From positions 101,060,001 through 101,124,000 of the forward strand of contig NW_026262679.1 in assembly GCF_021869535.1 (NCBI RefSeq): a stretch of 64,000 bases of DNA, written 5' to 3'. Of this stretch, positions 51,583-63,719 are shown one piece after another. Numbering within the stretch: the stretch's first letter is position 1; the number at the start of each line of letters is the position of its first letter. The position numbers and the translations under genes were made by a program. Under the pieces are notes generated by a model that saw only the letters and a program-made list of their open reading frames with translations, made no database searches and was not told where the DNA came from. The stretch comes from Mytilus californianus (taxonomy: Eukaryota).

Positions 51583-52516
51583 TGTTCCATATATTTACCA
51601 TGATAAAAATTTGCAATATTCAAAATGTTTTTTATAATTCTATTCTCTTTCATCTTTAATCAGTAGGCTGTTTTCCTAAGGAAAATACCTCGGGGGATTG
51701 TACACTTCATTAGTGTAGTTATTAACAGTTCACTTTCATAACTAATCTACAATGAAAAGTCATTCATAATGTATAGTATTTTATAGTGCATGGAAAGCCA
51801 TGTACTATGAAATTTAGAAGGAAAAAAACTGACTTTCCATTGGACAAGAAGGGTGCGTATGTTCTGATTAAAAGCTACACAACGATGATCGATCAGTGAT
51901 ACCTAATCGTCTTCTGTATTTTTAATTAGCAATAAAGCCTAAACGATCAAGATAAAAATGTTACTGACTTTTAAAAAAGTTTGTAATCAGAATTTTACAG
52001 TATTTATTGTTATTTCGGTATAGTTATCAACTAAAGAGAATATAATACATGGTAAAATAAAATTAAGGACAATTATAAAAAAAAAACAAATAAAAAAAAA
52101 ACAACACATTCATTTTTACAAAGCGACTACGGACTAGGTAAAATGTTTCTTAATATTCAAAGATTTTTTCATATAATTTTGTACTACTGAAAAAGTATGT
52201 AAATTTCACTGATGCTTCTTAAGCTATATCATAATCGTATGCTTCGAACATCTAAATTGGTTTATGAATTCGAATGCACGGACACACAATAAATGTCTTG
52301 ATAGAAGGATATAAATATATACTACTAAGTATTTGAAAGTATTCAGATATGATAGATATTATGGTACATAATTAAATGCAATTGATTTCCCAAAAGATAA
52401 CACTTATGAACCGTACCAGCACCTCACTTTATATTAAAATAACAACCGTTGTCATGGTTGTACGTCGAAAAATTCCAGTTATGAATTATATTAGTGCATA
52501 TATAATATTTGAACAT

Positions 52517-52630
52517 CTGCGACTCTTTTCACAAAAAATCTTACGATAAAAATTGATCGTAAGTTATACTGAACTGTGTATGACTTACGAGTAGTTTTAC
52601 TCTTAAGATGTTTTGTGAAAAGAGCCGCTG
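52517..52630. mobile_element. About 110-bp MITE (ctgcgactcttttcacaaaa...ttttgtgaaaagagccgctg)
   Basis: Inverted termini. Confidence 0.55.
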
Positions 52631-53988
52631 ATACCTAATTTCTTTTACGTCATTTTTTAATCACAATGTGAAGAAAGGAGATGATAGGTATACTTGTGAT
52701 CGTTTATTTTCGTGACATACTTCAGCGTATAATACCGATTTCCATGAGCATGTAAATGTCGGAAAAAAAAACAACAATACCACGGCGAAAAACGAAAAAC
52801 TACGAAAAGGCTAACAAAAGTTACATAACACTACATAAAAAACTGAAAACTGTGCAATCCACCCCCCCCCCCCCCCCCCAAAAAAAAAAAACCGGGGGAC
52901 CAAAAATGACTAGTGTAAAACCATTTAAACAGGAAAACCGACGGTCTAATCTATATAAAAAAACGAGAAACGAGAAACACTTATGAACCACATCAACAAA
53001 CGACAACCACTGAACATCAGGTTCCTGACTTAGGACAGGTGCAAACAAATGCAGCGGGTTATAACGTTTTTTCAACTGGTTGCTTATACACAGGGGGCTA
53101 TGGTGGTAAGCCATAAATAATTTTTGTTATTTATTCTGATATGGGACTCGGACTTCTTTTAAACTGAGTTTTACTCTATGTATTGCTGTGTGTTTGTTTA
53201 TCCTACACTGAATAGATGTATAGGGGGAGGGTTGAGATCTCACAAAACATGTTTAACCCCGCTGCATTTTTGCGCCTGTCCCAAGTCAGGAGCCTCTAGC
53301 CTTTGTTAGTCTTAAAATTGAGAATGGAAATGGGGAACGTGAAAAGAGACAACAACCCGACAAACCAGCAGAAAACAGCCGACGTATGTTTTTTCAACGT
53401 TAGTTCATTTATATGCTTCGGAGGATGTGACGTCCATTTTCACTGCACTAGTACACATTTTTGTTTAGGGGCCAGCTGAAGCCCGCCTCCAGTCGCGGGA
53501 TTTTCTCGCTGTGTTGAAGACCCATTGATGGCCTTGGGCTTTTTTGACACATTCCCCATTTCCATTCTCAATTTAATTGAAAATGCAATGAATTAGAGTA
53601 AAATAAAGACCGGTATTAATACTACTGTTTAATATGGATACATTTTCACGGCCCCACAAAAATATGTAGGAAGACCTAGAAGGGTGAAAACATTTTATTT
53701 CAGAAATGCCATTAAGATACAAATTTGTTAATGCAATACACATGATAAAAAAAGTTACTGACAGTGAAAGCTTATATATCTCATATCTAAATAGTAATAA
53801 CATGTGCATTAATTCATTCAAATTGCCAATAATGTCATATAAAATCACATATAAGTAATACAAAAATTTCATTAAATTCGAAATTAGAATTGTTCTTATG
53901 TGAGTAAACTATATGCAAATAAGTAATATAAGTAATAAGTACAATTAATTGACATCAGTAAAAATATTGTTCAAAACATAATTGCCAG

Positions 53989-54378
53989 TTAAATATTTGT
54001 ATTGCATAGCCAGTTAACATTTGTACTGTATAGCGAATTAACATTTGTATTGCATAGCCATTTAACATTTGTACTGTATAGCGAATTAACATTTGTATTG
54101 CATAGCCATTTAACATTTGTACTGTATAGAGAATTAACATTTGTATTGTGTAGCCAGTTAACATTTGTACTGTATAGAGAATTAACATTTGTATTGTGTA
54201 GCCAGTTAACATTTGTACTGTATAGAGAATTAACATTTGTATTATGTATAACCAGTTAACATTTGTACTGTATAGAGAATTAACATTTGTATTATGTATA
54301 GCCAGTTAACATTTGTACTGTATAACGAGTTGACATTTGTATTTTATAAACCAGTTTACATTTGTACTGTATAACGAA
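53989..54378. repeat. Minisatellite: about 16 x 24-bp units arranged as 48-bp A/B dimers
   Basis: ttaacatttgtattgcatagccag alternating with ttaacatttgtactgtatagagaa. Confidence 0.95.
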
Positions 54379-54540
54379 ACTACTGTATAACGATACAACA
54401 AATGCATTGTATAGCCAGTTAATGCTTTAGGTACACAATGTGTAAACTATAGTTTATACCAATAAGTGAATGTTTTTTATAGAGCTAACACACACAAATC
54501 TTTGTTGCAAACAATATTTTGAATATTGGTCCAGGGTATC

Positions 54541-57500
54541 TCAATTTCCGGATAGTCTCGTTGAACTTTTAGATGAAAGATGTGTGTAAAATGAAGCTGT
54601 AAATGTACCAATGATATATATTTTCTTAAGTGTTTTCACATTTTCCTTAAACATCTTGCGATTAAATAATAAAAACACCAACGGGTTCACCAAACTATTC
54701 AATGGTGCCAGAACAAACAAGAGTTTGTATGTTGTGCCGTACTCAATTTTGCCCCAAACAAGCAAAGAGGCACCAACGCATACAGGTGTCCAACACACAA
54801 TATATACTGAAATATAAAATCATATTATTTGTCAAATTAGGCCACATAAATCATAAATACATGTTATATCATTTTAATAACCCTCCTTCCTCAGACATTT
54901 CTTTTCAATTAGCTATAGCATCTTGTTTTAGTGTTTACGTACATCGTAGGGTTGTACGTGTAATTTTCTTAGTTTGTAGTTTTATAGTTCGCCATTTTCA
55001 AATTGTTGAACATGTTTTATAAATTATATTTTGCAGAATTTATCGAGTGTACGTTGATTAGAAAAAAATATGATTACCGAATACATCAGTACTAATTCAT
55101 GCAGAGGGGGTATTTGTATAGAATTTGCGTCATTGTGTTTGTTCATGCTCGATTAACTGATTCTATAAATGATAAACATTGTCATCAGTGAAAAGAATAC
55201 ATTCTACGGTATTCAATTTACAAATTTATATTTGCACTTTAATCGAGCATCACAAAACAGACATTGATTTTCGAAATGAGCACCTGATGCAGTAAAATTG
55301 TTACTGTTCATAATAGTATATATATTGTTTTTTAGTGGTTTTTTTTATATAAATATCCCTTTGAAATGGCGGAATCAATGATGGCATTTAAATCCCAAAC
55401 TCATTGTTTTGTGTATTAAACAGTCAGAAAAAATGCGTACACCAAAAGTTTTGATGGGCAAACAACATCGAAAACAATGGATATTCAACGGATGGCGAAC
55501 ATTATTTTCATTTTGGTATAAAAACAATAAAATTACCTGTAGTCCATTAGATTCTGACATGGCGTATTGATTTGAAGTTACGCGATTTACATTTCATGAC
55601 TCCTACGCGTGGGGTAAAACAAAGCTTGAGATTCACTAGAGGTCAAGCTGGACCAGAAATACACTCTTTCTTTCAAAATACGTTTGTCCGAAAGATGCAT
55701 CTGACACACAGAAAGAACACTCCTACTTATTTCATATTTTACAACATCGACAAAAGCAAATGGTGAGAACATCCAAATGGCAATAAAATATTAAAATTCA
55801 AAGCAAAGTTGATGTTAATATAAATAAGAAGATGTGGTATGAGTGCCAATGAGACAACTATCCATCCAAGTCACAATGTGTAAAAAGTAAACAATTATAG
55901 GTCAAAGTACGGCCTTCAACAAGGAGCCTTGGCTCACACCGAACAGCAAGCTATAAAGGGCCCCAAAAAGACTAGTGTTAAACAATTCAAACAGGAAAAA
56001 CCAATGGTCTAATCTATATAAAAAACGAGAAACGAGAAACACTTATGAACCACACCAACAAAGACAACCACTGAAAAACAGGCTCCTGACTTAGGACAGG
56101 GGCATAAAAATGCAGCGTTAGTCCATTAATCATTTGGAAAATCAAAAAAATACAACACATAGAACACTTGCCCATCCTTAAGTAATTATAAAAACTAATA
56201 TATATATTAAAAGAAACAACAGTAGATTACAAATATTCTAATCACGTGAATCATTTTTGAATTTACAAACCAAGTAAAAATTTATATGAGGGAATCCCAT
56301 GAATACTAAAAGATGCGTCGACAAGGTAAGCGTCGCCTGCTACGTATACACCAACGTAATACGTATTCAGAATCAAGCAAAGTGTCACAATAAGGAATAG
56401 GACACAACCGGAAAACTAACAGATCAGACAACTATTTTGTAATATTCAAATCTAAGAACGTAAAAATTATTCATTGACGTCAAAACTGTCAGGCGAATTC
56501 TTAAAGGAGTTATTGCCCTTAAATGACAAATTGTACCATTTTTAAAATTTTTGCCTTTTATCTTGAAAACTATAGAGAGAAACTTTAAGTTGCAGAAATG
56601 ATCAGCAAGACAAGATCTACGAAAAAGTATAAATTGTCGAAATCATCATTCGACTCCTAATTAGAGTTAATGCCCTTTGATGACGATTTTTACCAATTTT
56701 TTGCGTTTTTGCCTTATATCTTAAAAGTTATAATAGATAGATAGAAACTTAAAGCAGCAAAAATGATCAGCAAGACAAGATCCACAAACAATTCAAATTT
56801 TACCGAAATAGTTAGTAGACTGTCATTCTTCATATGAGTGATTGCCCCTAAATGAGGATTTTGTTTACCCTTTTTTGTGTTTTGAGCAAAACTTGAGAAA
56901 GACAGAGCGAAACTAAACAGACAAAATGATTAGCAATACAAGATCAACAAAAAAAAAGAGATTTTTTCATGATTTCTATTCTATTCTTGTCATCAATGGT
57001 GGAGAGAGTCCATTGATGATTATGCACACAGACCTAGGTGATAGACACAGGCTCTTTAGATCCTCTAGTTATACATGCTAAAGAGACTGGCATACGACAT
57101 AAAAGCAAAAATGTCTTACCTGTTACAACCACAAACAAGAGTTTTATAGTCTTAATCTTTGCCTTTGCTATTACTTTTGAACATCGTAACTTTTTTGAAC
57201 GATCATTCTTGATATTTGTTACGCCTGGAACAGAAGTTGAAAATAGAGAATACACAAGTGAATATATAAAATAAGTTGATCGTTAAGTATATGGTCCGAA
57301 ATGATTTTATCATTATTTGGTTATAAAAAAAGAATGTTTGGGTATGTGGTATTACATACAGTCCTTGATTCGTGCAAACTTCCCAATAATACGTTTCCAA
57401 ATACACCATTCCCAATTCTCCCATACAACAATCTACATTGCACCATACACCACATACCATTCCAACCAAATAGGAGATTGCACAATTCAAGATTTCCCTG

Positions 57501-60500
57501 AATGTATTTTTTTAAAAGATAGCATATGATTACAACTTCCAATATTATAAAACAAGAGGCTCTCAAGAGCCTGAATCGCTCACCTGTATTTCAGAGGAGA
57601 AGATTTTAAAATGTTAGCAAACTTGATGAACAAATTGTGTAAAATTGTCTTTAAAAGGCAATAACTCATTAAGGGGTCAATTGACAATTTTGGTCATATT
57701 AACTTCTTTGTAGATCTTACTTTGCTGAACATTATTGCTGCTTACAGTTTATATATATCTATAATAATATTCAAAATAATAACAAAAAACTGCAAAATTT
57801 TGTTAAAACTACCAATTCGGTGGCAGCAACCCAACAATGGGTTGTTTGATTCGTCTGAAAATTTCAGGGCAGATAGATCTTGACCAATTAAACAATTTAA
57901 CCCCATGTCACATTTGCTCAAAAAGATTTAGTTTTTGAGATATAAGCCAAAACTGCATTTGACCCTTATGTTCTATATTTAGCCATGGCGGCCATGTTTG
58001 TCGATGGATACAAACTTCGTATACAATTTATAAACAAGATACCCTAAGGAACATTTAGTTAAAGTTAGAAAGTAATTGGCCCAGTAGTTTCAGAGGAGAA
58101 GATTTTTAAATGTTAGCAAACTTGATGAACAAATTGTGTAAAATTGTCTTTAAAGGGCAATAACTCCTTAAGGGGTCAATTGACAATTTTGGTCATATTA
58201 ACTTTTTTGTAGATCTTACTTTGCTGAACATTATTGCTGCTTACAGTTTATATATATCTATAATAATATTCAAAATAATAACAAAAAACTGCAAAATTTT
58301 GTTAAAACTACCAGTTCGATTCGTCTGAAAATTCCAGAGCTGATAGATCTTGACCAATTGAACAATTTTATCCCATGTCAGATTTGCTCTAAAAGCTTTA
58401 GTTTTTGAGATATAAGCCAAAAACTGCATTTGACCCCTATGTTCTATTTTTAGCCATGGCGGCCATGTTTGTCGATGGATCAAAACTTCGGAACAATTTA
58501 TAAACTAGATACCCTAAGGACCATTTAGTTAAAGTTTGAAGGTATTTGGCCCAGTAGTTTCAGAGGAGAAGATTTTTTTAAATAGTTTACGACGACAGAC
58601 GACGACAGACGACGACGACAAAGACGACAGACGACGACGACAGACGACGGACGACGACAGACGCCAAGTGATGGCATAAGCTCACATGGGGCCCTTTTGG
58701 CCCCGGTGAGCTAAAAAGAACCAATAGCGAAGGTATCATTCCCATACGCCATTCCCAATCGTATCATAAATCATTCCCTATTGCACGATAGCATTCCTTC
58801 CGCCATATATGGTTTGTTATAAAGTGAACAAATTCAAGTGCTGTAACTTATAGTGTAACAAGACCAATACTGTGTCTGGACCTCCTGTATGCAATTGATT
58901 GATGTAAAAGTATATCTCTTTCACTGAAGCCAAAAACAAAACCTTTGACGAAATTTTCCTTGTACAATGTCTGTTTTAAATTTCAAACTATCTACAAACA
59001 GGAAAAGAATGCACGGTGGATGTAAAATTGCTAACACTCTACAATTATAACTTACCAATATTAAGGTGCAGACCAAATATCAAATCATTTCCTTTCATAG
59101 AAGCCAAGAAAATGTTGACGAACGTTTTCTACCTAAGGTATTTCTGGACGGACGGACAGACTGAAGGATCGATCCTAGCGGTAACTAGACCTGCTTTTGT
59201 CTTTTGCGACGTAGGTAATAATAACGAAGTCAAAATACTGAATTAAACCTGTCAAAAACGTGTTTTACCTATTTTGGGAAGACGTATATTTATTTCAGGA
59301 CACCATATTGTGCTTACCTTGTCAAATTTACAGACTTAAATACTCGGCAAACGTCAAGAAGTTCCAGTATAATAAACCTCGTATACCATGTCTTCTAAAA
59401 CGCAACAAAGAAAACTAATGAATAATCAACGCGAACCCCCAAAAATCAGGGAAGGATCTCATGTAGCCCGTGGTCAACCAACTCGTGATGGCGTCCGTAA
59501 ATATATGTTTGAAGGGATGACTTTAAGTTTACCATTTGGAACCCTTGGTGTGAAAGCTCCCTTGTAAGCAGCAACCCTCTAACAAGGAAATCATGATAAA
59601 AAATGCAAGCTCTGGAATCAACTTGGAAATATATACTATATATCCTAATATATACGACGGTAAATACGAAAATAATGTTTTAAAGCTACAAAAAAAGCAT
59701 CAAATTCTTATAATTACATTTGAATAACGAAACCATAAAACTAATCGTCTGATTCATTTTTAAATACTACTTCATATTTTTCTGCCAATCCAAATAATAA
59801 AATCCTTATGCAACACCTACGTAATGTGATTATTCATAGTTAAAGGGGCATTAGCTACGAGATTTGAAAAAATTAGAATATGATTTTGTTTGGTTCAATC
59901 ATTTATAAAAGTGAAATAATGAATAATAATTCGCTTTTAGCAGCCAATTTGGTTCAATTTTGTCAAAGTAAGACAAGAAATATCGCTGATGAATTATTCA
60001 CTTGCAAGTGAATAATTCGACCTCATTGAATCCGTATTCATGTGACCTTCAATTTAACCCATTTGCTGGAGATTGGTTGCGTATGTATTAGTCGTGTTCA
60101 GCCATTAAAAGGAAAATAATGTCAACGTTTAAAGTAAAACAAAGGTGAACCATTTCGTTGACTGATTCGATCCATAAAAATCATTCACTTATTTTTAACT
60201 TATTTTTTTTAACTAATAACATGAAATCAAACAGGCCTAGAAAATTCCAATTGCACGAGGTCACTATTTATTTATATTTATGTTTATGTTGATATCGGGT
60301 TATGTGACCGTCGGCAGTCTTCGGAGGTCATCTCGATAGTTAATTAGATGGCGCCTAGACTAAAATACACACGAAATACTGATATAAATTATCGAGTAAA
60401 TGCATTGTTAACTGTTTATTTCGGACTTATTGTAACTTTACGTTTTAGTATGTTATAAATCAAATATGAGAATTTGAGTCAAATCGTTGAACATGAATTT

Positions 60501-63095
60501 GACAGCTAATGCCCCTTTAATGCTAAAATGACTTACGTCGAGAAGTTGCTGTGCCCTCTTCAAGATATGTACTTCTTCCTCGTTTCCATATTGTAATAAC
60601 AATACAGGTGTAGCAGGTACCAATTATTAAGGCTGGTATTGTGAGGTTGACATTTATATCAAACATTAGTATAAACTGAAATCAAAGCAATATTTAAAAA
60701 ATAAAGTGGTCATGAAATACATTTATATTCCTAACCATTTTCCCACAGAAAGACAAGTCACTTCATCCTGACAATTTGTTTCCACTCCAAACCAACCCAA
60801 TCTAATTTTTCCAAGTCACGTACAAAAAATACCAATTTCATTTGCCTTTTGTATCATGAAGAGAATACGTTATGAAATTTCGTTCTATATCTTTGATTTT
60901 ATAATGGTATTGACGTATACTTTCAGAATGCACCCTTTGCGCTCAGCTAAATTGTACAAGCGGTAAATATTTGCGAGAATAAGGCCCATTTAATATGTTA
61001 AATTAAAAAAAAATTCAATTGATGATTAATTTTGAAAAAGATATTTTACAACTTCCTATCAAATCAACTTGATCTAGTTAAAACGATTTTTTAATTTTAA
61101 TTTTTTTGTCATTTCAAAATGTGACATGAACATTGTATAGTTAAACCTCTTAGTCAGTGGCGGATCCAGAAACTTCACAAGTGGGGACTCACTGACTGCC
61201 TAAGAGGGGACCCGCTCCAATTATGCTTCAGTGATTCCCTAAATAATCAACCAAAATCTTCCCCAGAAAGGGTAGGGGGCCCCTGGGCACCCCCCCCTAA
61301 ATCCGCCTTTGTTAGTTACATTTTTCACGGTATTCATATCCCTAATGAGATATAGCATTATCACATTAATGCTGGTAGGGTAAGATTCAATGATAAACTC
61401 ATATTTACCTTTGTAAGATCTCCAACATCATGAAAACAAGCAGACTGTTCTTTTTCGTATTTTACATGAATGAAGCCTGGTATTGAGAGAAATAGTGCAG
61501 CAACCCAACATGATATTACTAAACAAAATCTGTATTTTCTACCCCGAGCTATTGACGAGACAGGCCTTACGATAACATATAAACGATCTAATGATAGTGT
61601 CACGATTGCAAATGTTGATACATATATTGGAAACATGTGCATTCCTTTGAAAATATAACAAATGTTTTCATCCCATCCAACGTCAAATCTCACTGCTAAA
61701 ACTTCTGGCAACGAATATATTAAGCCAACGCATAAATCTGAAATCAGAAAAAATGAAAACAACTCTTTTTAAATTCCATGCGTCCGAAGCGCTTTTCTTG
61801 ATTAACCTTCACCAGGAACGTTCAAATCCGAATATTTGAAAGCCGAGGATGTATAAGAACTGGAACAGTTCAAAAACTATTTAACAAAAAACAAAAAAAA
61901 ATGATAACCAAATTCGTTTAAGTTCAACTTTGCCAGAGGGATTTGAAACTTAACAAGTTTCTAAAAAAAGATAAGACATGTATTCATATATCAATTACAC
62001 AAATTACATAACCGTTATGTATAACAATTTCTTTGAATTGATGAAATTAAATGTTAATAATTTTACAGACTGTCAGAAAATGTTATTTTTATTTTCGAAT
62101 CAAGATATTATTAGATTATGTGCCAAACCTATACTTTTATCCCGAAAAGACGCCGAAAAGTTTAAATTGTAAATTATTTCACTATTATGCTGTATATTTT
62201 TAATCATTCATGTTTAATTCTTTTTTACTGTATAGACATGTTCGTTTAGTTATCGTCTCACATGAATCTGTACAGATTGGCTTATGTATAACAAAATGTA
62301 TCTTTTATGATTGCATTGTATATTTGTATGCATAAGGTGAGACGTAAATGAAATAATGAATTAAATTGTATAAAAATAAAACGTCAACCTTATTTAACTT
62401 GATATCTCAAAAATTCTCTAAAACATGAATGTCATTTTTGTTATAACTATTAATTAAGGAATGACTGTAATATTTTTTCCCTCTATGAAAAAATAACATA
62501 AAAATGTTGTGCACACTGAATAACTCGCGTAGCGAGTTATTAAAAAGTGTGCACCACATTTTTTAGGTTATTTCGAATAGACAGAAAAAATATTACAGTC
62601 ATTCCTTATAATTCAATTCTAAAAAGGAGTAAATCAGGATCAAAACGTTCATGACGTCACGGTCACACGACAAATATATGTCTATGAGCTGATAGACAAT
62701 ACACTTTCAGCCAATCAGAAGACGTGTTACATCCAAAATTAAATTATAAATGAATGGTTTCAAGTTGAATTAAATCATACCTGCTATTGCTAGATTCTGA
62801 ACAAAAAATCCCATTCTGCTTTTCTTCTTCGTGCGGAACAATAACGTTATTACTAAAGTGTTGAAAACTATAATACCAGCGAGAATTGCTACTGATAACC
62901 ATTTTGTAAGGTCATCAATAACCTGGGAAAGAAAAAAATATAAATTAATAATTTGTTAAGTAAATGCGTCAATAAATTAACACAGTCTATACCGGGATTG
63001 AACAAATATCATACAATAGATGTGTTTGTTTTTTCAATGTTGTATTGTTTTGTTATTGTCATGTTGACGTAACCCCTATATCTCCTTTGAGTCAT
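54541..63095 (-). CDS. Class A peptide GPCR, CCAP/neuropeptide-S/vasopressin-receptor-like, about 353 aa, 6 exons (exon 1 tentative)
   Basis: Exons 63095-63015 (tentative; N-glycosylation sites NMT and NTS), 62922-62781, 61737-61409, 60675-60537, 57224-57120 and 54806-54541. Phases join, total 1062 nt, all GT-AG. Motifs: SRMGFFVQNLAIADL, SLDRL, CWVAALFLSIP, IPALIIGTCY, IAKAKIKTIK, VCWTP, LNSLVNPLVF. Confidence 0.88.
56500..57070 (+). mobile_element. Degenerate HINE 3' portion
   Basis: aaggagttattgccctt units and a terminal ctaggtgatagacacaggctctttagatcctctagtt. Confidence 0.55.
57553..58714 (-). mobile_element. HINE, near-twin of 10660-11853 in the opposite orientation, in a GPCR intron
   Basis: Same diagnostic 5' end (ccggggcc..gggccccatgtgagcttatgccatc), two internal units, and the same 3' end (tacaggtgagcgattcaggctcttgagagcc). 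Confidence 0.88.
59844..60516. mobile_element. 673-bp MITE with TTAA TSD and AGGGGCATTAGCT TIR (Kolobok-like)
   Basis: ttaa|aggggcattagct ... agctaatgcccct|ttaa. Confidence 0.8.
61155..61311. mobile_element. GC-rich MITE (CAGTGGCGGATCC) with 5-bp TSD TTAGT, in GPCR intron 3
   Basis: ttagt|cagtggcggatcc ... aaatccgcctttg|ttagt. Confidence 0.8.
61770..61890 (-). repeat. Penelope-like terminal repeat with a hammerhead-like motif; second copy at about 63600-63670
   Basis: Minus strand reads CTG(G/A)TGAAGGT(T/A)AATC(A/C)AGAAAAGC(G/A)CTTCGG. Confidence 0.45.
62457..62606. mobile_element. Foldback MITE with TA TSD and centre aataactcgcgtagcgagttatt
   Basis: ta|aggaatgactgtaatatttttt ... aaaaaatattacagtcattcct|ta. 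Confidence 0.8.
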
Positions 63096-63719
63096 AATAA
63101 AAAATAAAAAAAATTACTAAATCAAATGATGGTCATCAAAACAAATCTTTTAAGTACAACGTGTAGCTTGCAAAATGGGAATATTGTTATATAATATGAT
63201 ACATCATGCTTATCTGTGGAGACTGTGCTGCTATCAACTTACTTAATACTATGTCCAAGCTCGTCGAATAACACATACATAATATAATTCATCAGAATTT
63301 TTAATATTTTTTATCTGGGTCTAATTGCAATATCTCAGTCAAATTTGACAATGGCAATTACAAAAGGTATAGTCGTAAGTTACAGGGAAAATTACATTGG
63401 GACTACATTTCTTGACTGTTTTTTCCAAACGTTATATGAAACGTTCATATTAAAAACCTTTCCGTCAGTATCGAAATTAATGCCAATCATAAATTCATAC
63501 GAGAGTAACGACACTTTGAAATATGAATAAGATACGATTCTCCGGGGGTTAAGAAATTTCTATTAATGATATATAAAATCGCTAACATGATTTGGAAAAA
63601 ATGAAAACAACACGTTATTAATTCATGTTCCCGAAGTGCTTTTCTGGATTTACCTTCATCAGGCACGCTCACAGCCGAAGTTTAGTTTAAATAGTTTCAT
63701 AGTTTTGATTTTATTTTCT

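Noticed and set aside
53955-54259. Repetitive ORFs on both strands (MLILYTVQ.../LTFVLYSE...)
   Set aside because: They are translations of the 24/48-bp minisatellite.
53989-54378. CRISPR-like regular repeat
   Set aside because: The units are contiguous with no unique spacers, the context is eukaryotic, and there are no cas genes.
63380-63500. Alternative GPCR first exon (MIGINFDTDGK.../MNVSYNVW...)
   Set aside because: It has only weak or out-of-phase donors; 63095-63015 has an in-phase GTATGA donor and two sequons, though that call is itself tentative.
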